Shown: in pieces, positions 15,123-27,100 of the stretch
Layout: every line of letters starts with the position of its first letter
Position numbering within the stretch: the first letter of the stretch is position 1
Assembly (NCBI GenBank): GCA_964503335.1
Contig: CAZCZZ010000002.1
Span: 50,164 to 114,163, forward strand
Length of the DNA stretch: 64,000 bases
From: an uncultured Verrucomicrobiota bacterium
GTDB taxonomy: Bacteria; Verrucomicrobiota; Kiritimatiellia; CAIVKH01
Direction of reading: 5' to 3'
Notes under the pieces: generated by a model
The model's database searches: none
Told to the model about the DNA's origin: nothing
The model's input: only the letters and a program-made list of their open reading frames with translations
Made by a program: the position numbers and the translations under genes

Positions 15123-18100
15123 ATGAGCAGAAACAATTTCAATTGTGCGCGGATCGTGCGCCGAATCCGTACGGCGGTGGTTGCCTTCGCAATGGCTTCT
15201 ACAGTTCTCACCCCCGCATTCGCAGTCACGGTCAACTACTCGCATCGCATCGGCTACTACACCACATTCGCAGGCGGAACTTCAGGCCTCTACAATCACA
15301 GCACAACGAACGAAATTGGTCACTATGCGCAGGGCGATACCGGTCAATCCGTTGGCTGGCGAACGTTCCGCACGGCGGATGGTACCGGTGGGTCCGCGCG
15401 CGAATTGCGGCATGGCGATATTTTCACGATCTCGGTGTTTGGCGATGCCCCTTTTGACGTGCTGGGCATGTCTTTCAATGACGGTGCATCCACAGGTTCA
15501 TGGGCCAATCGTCACAGCAATACGCGCGGCTACGTTCAAACAGGCGCAAACGACGAGAACAACTCGTACGCGAACTGGTACGTGCATCACAACGGGACTG
15601 CCACGGATACGGGCGCGAACCTGGGCGATGAGACGGATGACATCAAGATAGAGATTACCTCCAGCTCGTCCTTCAATGCGCAGGTCGATGGCGGGTCATG
15701 GATCTACAACCTGACGATGCGGAACTCTCCTGGAAATGCGGACCTGGTTGACGGGTATTCGATCTACTACCGGGATGACTGGGATGGTGGCGGGCGGCAA
15801 GATGCGTTCTGGAAGGCGACAACGTCGGTTGAGAACGGCGGCGATGTTCACTTTGGCGGCACGACGGATCTAACGCCGGGCTACATCAACGACGGTCTTG
15901 CCGCGGACAGCACGTCCACAGTCAGCGCGAACAAGCTCTTCAAGTTCGGCTCACATACGCTGACCCTGATCTGGACCAATGACTTCACAGGCAGGGTGCA
16001 GGCCGAGGCGGGCACGCTGAAATTCGGACATGATCGTGCACTCGGCGCGGTTCCCGGATCCGTCCAGGCCAGCAACTTCACCGTTTGGGCCGCCGCGACC
16101 ATCGAAATGACCAACTCGTTTACGATTTCGGCGAACCGTGGGATTCGGATTGAGAACGACGGAAACCCCTCCTTCACCGTCACGCCGTCAGCCTACACGG
16201 TGACCTACGACGGCATCATGACTTCGGATGGCGGTGGCGAGGGCTTCCTCAAGCGCGGTGGTGGTACGCTCCAGCTGGGCGGGAACAACACGTTGGCCGG
16301 TGCGGTCTACATTCTGAATGGAACACTTGCGGTGACGGGAACAGATCCATTCGACACGGCGATTAATGTTGGCGAAACGTCAGGCTCGGACCCCGCCACG
16401 CTCAGTATCGGGAGTGGCTCGACCGTGGTCGACACCACGGTAACGATCCGGGATGGCAGCTCGGGCATCAAGAAAATCGCCGCAACGGAGAGCGGCACCG
16501 TCAGCGGAACGGTGGACTTGCAGGAATCGGACGCCGACAAGATCGAAGTCGACGTGTCCAGCTCCAAGACGCTCACGATCAGCGGCACGATGACGGACAA
16601 TACGGGCGGCGGCGAGGTGACGAAGACCGGGGCGGGAACCTTGGTGTTGTCCAACAGCGGCAACTCCCACGACAAGAAGTTCACCATATCCGCCGGCGTT
16701 CTCAGCATCAGCGCATCTCGCAATCTAGGCGAAGATCCGGGCGGATCCTATGCCGGCAAGGTGACTTTCGCGGGCGGCACGTTGAAGGCGACGGAAACCT
16801 TCACGATGCACGTCAACAATCTTACAACGCTGGACACGGGTGGCGGCACCATCGAAGTGGATTCGACCAAGACGTTGACCTACAACCCGGTGATTTCTGG
16901 CAGCGCAAACCTGACCAAGACCGGCGCCGGCACGCTCACGATGGCCGCAGTGAACACGTATAGCGGCAAGACCATCATCAATGCGGGCACCGTCAACATA
17001 TCGGCTGAAACCGGGCTTGGCGCGAACCCAGGCTCATCCACCGCGGATCAGCTCACGATCAATGGCGGCACACTACAGTCAACGGCGACCCTCACCATCG
17101 ACGACTCCAATCGGGGAGTCACGCTGGGGGCATCCGGTGGCACGATCGATGTGGATTCGGGCACCACGTTGACGTTAACCGATACCATAGCCGGAAGTGG
17201 TGCGTTGACGAAGACGGATGCCGGCCAACTTACGCTCAACAATAGTGGCAACAACACGTATTCCGGCGCCACGACCATAAGCGGCGGTACGGTTCTCATT
17301 GCCAAAGACTCCCATTTGGGTGGTGCGCCCGGTTCGCCCACGGCGGGACACCTCACCATTTCGAGTGGTGCCAAGTTGGAGGTCAATTCGACGGCAGACT
17401 TTTCGATCAGCGCCAATCGCGGCCTCTCCATGGGCTCCGGTGGTGGTGCTATTCGTGTCGCATCAGGGGATACGACGACTTATGACGGCATCATAGCCGG
17501 CAGCGGCGATTTGACCAAAGAACTCGCTGGGACGCTCGTGTTGGGCGGCAATAGCAGCAGCTATTCGGGCAATATAACCGTCTCGAGTGGAACTCTTCAG
17601 ATCGGCAGCCATGGGAATTCATTGGGTGATGCAACGGGAATTACGACGGTGGGCTCTGGCAACACGTTGGCCTTGTCCGGCAGCGGCGTTACAATTCCGG
17701 AACCGATCACGGCACGGGGACTTGGAGCCACCACTGGAATCGGCGCGATCCGCAATATCACGGGAAATAACACGCTCTCCGGGAGGGTCACGGTGAACAC
17801 CACCGCAACCCGCATCAATTCGGATGCAGGAACGCTTACGCTGGATGTTTCCTCCGGCAATGCCCTTGAGTCGACCATGGATCTCACGCTTGGTGGCAGC
17901 GGGAACATCACCATCAATGATCCCCTCACCAATGCTGCGACGAGGACCCTGACCAAGGATGGCACCGGCACGCTCACCCTGAACGGGCTGAATACGTTCA
18001 CCAACCTGGCCACGGTCAGCGCGGGTATCGCGGTGGTGAATGGCAGCAACCCGGCCCCGTTCACGGTTTCGGCGGGTGCCTTTCTGTACGGCACGGGTAT

Positions 18101-21100
18101 CGTCAACACGCTGACTGTGAACGGCCAGATCAGTGGTGGAACGACCTCCAATACGGTCGGACACCTCAAGGCCTCCACAATGACCCTCGCAAACGATGGC
18201 CGCATGCAGGTCAATCTGTCCGCGATGACTGGCACAGCCGGCACGGACTGGGACCTCATCACGGTCGGCGGAGGGTCGGGCACCTACACGGTCAACTCTA
18301 CCGCGGGCGGTGATGAGTTCATCATTGCGCTCAAGGGCAATCCCAGCGGATTCAGCAGTTCGACGGCCTTCACGAACATCATCGTGGATGCCGGGACGGC
18401 GACGAGCTTCGCGACCAACAAGTTCACGGTGGACACGGCTGAATTCACGCCCGCGCTCGGAGGCGGCTCCTTCACCGTCGATGCGGATAGCGGAAACCTT
18501 CGCCTCATCTTCATACCGGGCGTCGCCCCGGATGTGCTGGTGCAGGGCAATGCGACGACGATACCGGACGGCGATGTGGTACCCGACTATGGTGACCACA
18601 CGGACTACGGCGATGTCCTCGTTGACGGCGGAACGTTCTCTCGCACGTTTACGATCACCAACTCGGGGTCAGCTTCGCTCGGCGTAGGCCCCATCACGAC
18701 CAATGCTGTGGGGAATCCCGGCGACTTCATTGTCACATCGCAGCCCGCCGACGCCGTTGCCGTGGGCGGTACCACGACGTTCCAGGTGCAGTTCAATCCG
18801 ACAGCATCCGGCCTGCGCTATACGGAAATCCAGTTCACAAACAACGTCGCCGGCGCGAAGAACCCCTACACATTCTATATCCAGGGTACGGGCACCTATG
18901 TTGAAATCGCCGTGAACGGCAACGGAAACAACATTGCCGATGGATCCACGGCTCCCGCCACATCGAACCACACCGACTTCGGCACCATCGGAACCGCCGG
19001 CGATACGCTTTCGCGAACCTACACCATCACGAACACGGGTAACCGAGCGATGACGCTCGGTAATGTGACGACGAGCGGAACCCATGCGGCCGATTTTATT
19101 GTTACCACGCAGCCTTCCTCGTCGGTTGCCGCGGACGGAAGCACGACCTTTGTGGTGCAGTTCAATCCTTCCGGAAACGGCCTTCGGACGGCGTCGCTCA
19201 GTTTCACGACGACGGACGATGCGGCGAGCGACGGACTCACGGAGAATCCGTTTAACTTCGATGTCCAGGGCACTGGCGCCGGAACCGGCATCTCGAATAT
19301 CCCGACCACGATCACGTTCGAGTCGCTGCTCGGCACGGCGCCGTCGCCGGCGCTTCAGGCGTTCAGCGTGACGAATGTCGGGTTGGGCACGCTGACGTAT
19401 GATCTTTCGACCAATGCCGCCTGGCTATCGGTCAATGCCGTGTCGGGTTCCGCTGCTGCCGGTGCCGGGAACATTCACACAGCCTATGTCGCGCTGGCCG
19501 TCGGCATGACGGCGGGCACATCCAATGCCTTGATCACGACGACGGGGACCGATGGTTTCACGACCAACAGTCCGAAGACCATCGCGGTGACGTGGACACT
19601 CAGTGCGATCACGAACCCGAGTGCGCAAACGGCCACGGCTGACGGCGCCGAGATGGTTCGCCTCGCATGGACGAAGGTGCCCAGTCATGATGTCTTGATC
19701 GTGTACCAGTCCGGTGGAGCGGTATCGACCGATCCGACGCAGGGCACCAGCTACAGCGTGGGCAACACCATCGGATCCGGCACGGTCGTCTATAAGGGAT
19801 CGGGTGCCGCCCTCGAACACATCGTCGCCACCGGTACTGCGCACCACTACAAGTTCTACTCGATCAATAACAATTACTACTCACCCGGCGTGACGGCGAA
19901 TGCGACGACGTTGAGCTACCAGGCGGGTGAGATCGTGGAGCAGTTCAGCTACACAAACACTGTCATCCTTAAGGATCTGAACGGTGGGCAGGGCTTCACG
20001 AATGCATGGTCCCTCAGCGTGCCGAATACGAACACCGATATCGTGGTGGACAGTGTGAATTTCTCAACCTTCCAGTCGTCCTGGCCGACCGAGCGAGGCA
20101 ACCGGATAGTGGTCAAGACTGTGGCTACGACGAACTACCAGGCCTTCCGCGGCATCAACACCGTGAATTGCGGACAGGTCTATATCGCGGCCCTCATCCG
20201 CCGCCAGTTCGATGAGGGCGCGGGCGACAACAAGTTCCAGGTCCTGAGCTTCATGAATGGCTCGACGGAGGTCGCCACAGTCGGCAAGCGAGGCGCCGGC
20301 AATGACCAGTTTGGAACGCGGTCGGGAAGCGATACGGACCTCTATGGCGCGGAGAACTCGTTCATGGACGACATCGATTTCCTTGTCATCGGCCGGTACG
20401 ACTTCGATACGGGCGTGATGTCCGGTATTTTCTATGACAATGCGACCAGTGTTCCGTCCAATGAACCTACCTACCTCGTCTCGTCGACCGATACACCCGT
20501 GAGCCAGATCACGGGCATCCGCATTGCCGCGGGTGCGGCGGTCAACGGTTGGCCCGGCGAATGTCACTTTGACGAAATCCGCGTGGCCCGCAACTGGGGC
20601 GACCTGCTCAAGTTGCTGTCGCCCGTCGTAACTAACTACTCGATTGATGGCGACAACGGTGTAACCGATGGCCAGATGACGAACGGCAGCTACGTTGTGA
20701 GCGTGGACCTCAACACCGCGGCAGGCGTCGATACAGATGGCACGCCCATCGCCACGACATTCGACCTTGTCAATCCGACCGGCACGGCGGTTGTGAACAA
20801 CGACACGTTCGGGTTCTTCACCTATAATTCAGCTTCATCGGTCACGGCGACGGATGTGAATCACGCCATCACTTCGGCGAACAATGCCTTGGGCATCTAC
20901 ACCGTCCGTGTCTCGGCGGTTTCATCCAATGGCGGCCAGATCATCGATAACAGGTTCGTCGGCAATGTCTGCACCGGAACGGTGATGACATTCACGGTGA
21001 CGGATGATGATACCGCAGCGCCTACCTTCGGCGTCTTCACGGCAATGGGTCGCGATATGTCCGGCTCGACCTACACGAGCGATACGTTTGCGGGCGGCTT

Positions 21101-24100
21101 CTGGGTTACCGGCACGGTGACGGATGCATTCAGCGGATTGTTCGCGGCGAGCAATACGTTCACCCTTTCCTACAACGGCGGCGTGGTAAGCAGCGGCGTC
21201 TTCGCGGTCAACTTCTCCGATGGCGGCGCAACGTCGGGCGGGATGGTCAGCAACAACTTCCCACAGGCCCTGATGATTGCGGGCGCCTACACGCTGACGG
21301 TCTTCAGTGTGGACTTCGATGTAGACCGTCCGTCCGACCAGCTCAAGGCCACAAACGTGTTCAGCTTCACCGTGGTGGATCCTGCTCCCGCACCCGGGCT
21401 TGCGGCTGGTCCTCTGACGCTGACGTATAGCGCCATGCTCGGGAGCGACCCCGCATCAACCGCCACGTTTGCCGTCACGAATGTCGGTATCGGTACGCTG
21501 ATGTACACGAACTACCAGACGTACGGCCCCGGCCCGTCGGGTTGGTTCACGGCAAATCCGACCAACAACAGCCTCGCGGCGACGGCGTCGCGAATCCACA
21601 CCGGATGGGTTTACACCGCTTCCTTTACGACATCCGGCACCTATGTGGCGACCAACCGCCTCGCGGGCAATCAGACCAATGCCGCCGTCGAAATCGTGGT
21701 GACGTTGAACGTGACAAATATCCCGGCCCCCACTGCGGTGACAGCGACACCTTCAGGCGCCGAATTCGTGGCCTTGCGCTGGACGGAAGCGTCGGGCCGT
21801 CAGGTCATGATCGTATACGGCCAGACGAATGCGCCGTCGGTCAGCCCGACCAATGGCACAGCCTACGCCGTGGGGAACAGCCTCGGCAGCGGCACTGTCA
21901 TATATAAAGGAACCGCCGCGTACTTCGAACAGGTGGTCGGCCAGGGCACCACGAACTTCTATAACTTCTACACGATCAACAACGACCGCTACTCGCTGGT
22001 CAGCACGGTGGGCGCGACGACGGATGTCTATAAGTCGTACGAGATCGTGGATTCGTTCTCCTACACGAATAGCCTCGCGCTCGACACGCGAAATGGCGGC
22101 AATGGGTTCACCAACGCATGGGGCAATGTTTCCGACAATCCGCGCATCGCGACGCAGCAATTTGCCACGGCGGTCGGATACCCGAGCCTCGCCGGAAATA
22201 CGATGGTGCTGACCAATGGCGCCGCGTTCCGGGGCATTCCCAATACCTCGGCGGGCAAGTTGTATGTCGCGTTCATGCTGCGCCACGGCGATGGAGCCAG
22301 CTACGCGGGCTTGAGCCTCTTCAACGGTGCTTCGGAGGAAATCTTCTTCGGCGAGCATGGCGGAGCGACGAGTGAAGCGGGTATCGACTCCGGAGCCGGC
22401 ACCACGTCACAGGGCGCGAACACGATGCCGGCCAACACGGATTACCTCATCATCGCCCGCTTCGACTTCGGCATCTCGCAGGCCGACATGCTGATCTATA
22501 CCAATGGTGGCGCCACCACGGTTCCCGTCGGTGAACCGGCGACCTGGCACGTCACACGCGCGGATACCATCACGCAGATCAATCGCATCCGCCTCGCTTC
22601 CGGCACGGGCACGCGTTGGGACGAGGTGCGTGTCGCGACAAACTGGGTACATCTCTTCCGCAGGGATGTCTCGTATCCCTTTGTCACCAACCATAGCGTG
22701 AACGCAGGCTCGGATGTCACGGACGCCGCCGTCAAGTCCGGGTCGTTCAATGTGACGCATTACGTACGCGACCTCGCCGGCATTGAGACGACCAACACCA
22801 CGCTGCCGTTCTTCTCGCCGAACTTTGATATTCTCAATACCTCGGGTACAGCGCTGCTGTCCGATGAGGTTTACAACTCATTCACCTATCAGGATTCGGG
22901 CCGGACGGTTGTGGCTTCGGACACAAGCCATGCAGGTGCGTCGCCGGCTAACATCACACTGGGTATCTACACGACCCGCGTCAGCGTCGCGAATTCCAAC
23001 GGACTGACTACGATCGACGTGCGGACGAACAGTGCGGGCGCCTCGCTCACCTTCAACGTGGTGGACGACGACACGACATCACCGCTGCTCGGAAGCGCGG
23101 GTGATTGGGATGTCATCTATAACCTGCCGGATCAGGACACGTCGTCGGGCACGACGTCGACCAACGAATATGCCATCCGCCAGCGCTTCGTGGATCGCAT
23201 CACGGCCTTGGGTTCGGGACACACCGCCTATCTCGCGACCTACACCTTCAGCGCGGCCTCTGCCTGCTGCGGCGGTGCGGGACCGATCATCGACGCACTC
23301 ACGACCGCGCTCGACGCGGGCGCAACAGTCACGATGGTTGTCGACAAGGGCGTGGATACGAATCTGGTCTCGACCGCAGCCACCACAAACAGCATCGGCT
23401 CGCTCGCGCGACGCGGCACGAATCCGCTCATTCTGGTTCAGGATGACTCCGCCTCCGGCATCATGCACAACAAGCTCGGCCTCTTTGACTACGGGTCGGG
23501 CAACAAGCGTGTCCTTGTCGCGTCATGGAATATGACCGGCGCGGCCAGCAGCCAGCAGTGGAACATCCTGCTCGATGCAAAGAGCGACACGATGTACGCG
23601 GCGTACCTGTCCGAGTTCACGGAGCTCGTGGCGGGCCGCTTCCATGACGATCCCGCCAAATCCCATGCGCACGATTCGACCACCTTCTCGATCGGCGGAT
23701 CGTGGGGTGCCAACTACGTCCGATTTGCACCTTTCACGAACAGCGCCACGGGCGCCAACAATGCGCAGAGGGACATCACCAACTTCATACACTCGGCGAC
23801 CGGGCAGATCGTCTTTGCGCTGAACAAGCTGACACGCATGACCATCGCCAGTCAGCTGGTTGCGCGCTGCGACGCGGGTGTCATGGTGGACGGCGTCATG
23901 CCGAGGAGCGACACGGACGTCGGCGGCGACTCGGCTTCGGTCTACAGCTATCTGACGAACACGGCCAACTACGCGACGACGAATCGCGTCCGCATGCATA
24001 CCGCCTACGCGGAAGCCGACTACTCGGCCTCGGACTCCGGCGAGACGGATCTTGTTCACGCCAAGTACATGATCATCGATCCGATCTCCGCGAGCCCCGT

Positions 24101-27100
24101 CGTCATCCATGGATCGGCGAACTGGACGTTCTCGGCCCTGCAGGAAACCAACCTGAACGACGAAAACATCGCCTTCCTGCGTCACGCCGGCATTGCCCTG
24201 CGCTTCCTGCAGAACTTCCAGCGGATCACGGACCGGCTGACCAACCTGACCGCCTCCGTCCAGGACGAGTCGGCCTCGGTCAGCATCGGAACGAACGGGC
24301 TTGTCAAGACCGGGAATGGGACGAACAGCACGTGGGCGACAACGGACGGCGCGCTTGCCGGTGTGGCCACCAACAATAGGCTCCGTATCAGCCTGAACAT
24401 CTACGACGTGGACAGCGGCCTGTCGCGGAACGCGTCGGAATCCGACAAGGCTACAAACACCACGCTGACGGTCGCAAACTATACGACGGACAACGTGACC
24501 AATCTGAGCCTGTCCACCAGCAGCGCGGGCACAACGACGATCACCTCGACCAGCGTCTGGGAGATGGTATCCGTCTCATCGGCCTCGATCGGCTCGCTCT
24601 TCACAGGCGTCAGCAACCTGATCAGTGCGAATATCGTCGACGCGGACGATGATCGCGCCAGCGACCAGAAGACCAATGTCAACCAGCGCTTCGGCTTCCT
24701 GTATGTCATCGACGACGACACGAACCGGCCGGTTCTAAGCGGTTTCACGGGCCAGGGCAGGCAGCTGGATACCGGAACCTTCACGAATACGGAACTGCTC
24801 AGCGGCTTGGTCATCACGGGTCTCGTGACGGACGTGGGCAGCGGCGTCTATGCGGGCACGAGCAATACGCTCACGCTCTCGCGCGACGGATCCGTGATCT
24901 TCACGACCAACTTCGTGGCCGGTTTCTCGGACGGCGGCGCCACTGCGGGTGGCTCGCTCTCCAACACGATCGCCTATGCGCTCGTTTCGTCCGCCGGCGC
25001 CTACACCGCGACGGTCTTCAGCGCCGACTACGACATCGACCGCTCCGGAGACTCCCTTACGACGAACGGCGTATTCAGCTTCACGATCGTGGAGGCGGTC
25101 GCGCCCGGCCTCGGCGTCGGCCCCCTGACGCTCACCTACAACGCGATGCTCGGCAGCGATCCGTCCACCGCGACATTCGCGGTAACGAACATCGGTCTCG
25201 GCACGCTGCAGTATACAAACTACCAGACCTACGGGCCCGGCCCGTCCGGCTGGTTCAGCGCGAACCTCACGAACAGCAGCCTTGCGGCAACGGCATCCCG
25301 CATCCACACCGGCTGGGTCAGCAGCGCATCCTTCACGACGTCCGGAACGTACGTGGCCACGAACCGTGTCGCGGGCAACCAGACCAACAGCGCGCAGGAA
25401 ATCGTGGTCACGTTGATTGTCACGAACATCCCGAGCCCGACCTCTGTCTCGGCGACCAACGATGGCGCCGAGTTGATGCGCATCAACGCGGCGGAAGCCG
25501 CGGGACGCACCGTCCTCGTCGTTCACAGCTACACGAATGCACTGACCGTGAATCCGACCAACGGAACGGCCTATGCCGTGGGCGATCTGCTCGGCAACGG
25601 ACGAGTCATCTTCTCGTTCATCGGCTCATCCACCGTCTCCAACCTGTCGCATGTCGTCGTGCCGGGTTCGACGAACTTCTATACGCTCTTCACGGTCAAC
25701 AACAGCCGCTACTCGACGAGTGTCACCGCGGGAGTCACGGCCGAGGTTTACAGGACCGAGATCTACGAGCAGTTCGGCTACACCAACGGGGTGACGCTTG
25801 ACGGCCTTGCCGGCGGAACGGGCTGGACCAATTCCTGGATCGAAAGCAATGCAGGTGCCTACACCGTCAGCGACGGCTCCTTCACGGAACAGGCGGGCTA
25901 CCCGACGGAACGTGGCCGCCAGATCAGTGTGAATCCTCCGAGCGTCAATTCGCGCACGGCACGGCGCCACTTCCCGGCGGTCACGAACGGCGTAATCTAC
26001 ATGGCCTTCTACGTGAGATACGACTTCGGAGAGGCCGGTGGCGGCGGCGACCAGAAGTATGTCGGCGCGAGCTTCATGGACGGAACCACCTCGAAACTGT
26101 TCTTCGGCGAAGTCAGCTCCCTCGACGCGGCCGCCGGTATTGACCCGCTCGGCAACGGCTCTGGTGTGAACAGCGGCGCCAACTCGATGCAGCCCGATGT
26201 CGACTACCTCGTCATCGGTCGCTACACCTTCAGCTCGAAGATCGCCCGCTTCCTGATCTACACGAACGGCGGTTCCTTCGCGGTTCCTTCGGGCGAGCCG
26301 TCCGCATGGGCGAAGACCACGACGCTGACCACGGCGATCGCCAGCATTGATGGCATCCGCTTCAATGCGGGCGCGACATCGGTCGGGACGCCCGGCACAT
26401 CGCTCTTTGACGAAGTGCGCGTCGCGACGAACTGGGTCGACCTCGTCCGCGGCACACGCACCTATCCCGTAGTCACGAACTTTGCCGTTGCGGGTAGCAC
26501 CAACGTCAGTGACTCGCAGGTCGCGGCTGGCACGTTCAGCGTCGCGATGGATATCTACGACGACAAGGGTGTCAACACGACCAACACGCAATTCACGTAT
26601 TTTGCGCCGAACTACGACATCTGGAACTCGGCGGGCATCCAGATCATCACGGACCGGGTCTTCTCGAGCTTCTTCTACACGAACAGCGGCGACACCGTAC
26701 TCGCCTCGAACACGACCCATGCGACGGTCGCAGCAGCCGGCGTCACCATCGGTATCTACACGTCCCGCTACAGCGCGATCAACTCGAACGGACTGTCGTC
26801 CATCGACCTGACCACGCTGTCCAACGGCACGGTCATGACCTTCAACGTGTTCGATGACGATACGAACGCGCCGTTCTCGACAGCCATGGACATCCCGACA
26901 GGCCTTGCCTCGACCAACCTGACTCCGGGCGATATTGCGATCATCGGGTTCAGTTCGGACGGCAGCGGCGGACTCGCGTTCGTGCCGCTGGTGAATGTTC
27001 CCGGCAGCATGACGTTCAATTTCGATGACGACGGCACCGTGGGCAGCGGCTTCCTGGCCTACACGTCGCCGGCTGCGGGTCTCTCGGCAGGTACGGTGGT

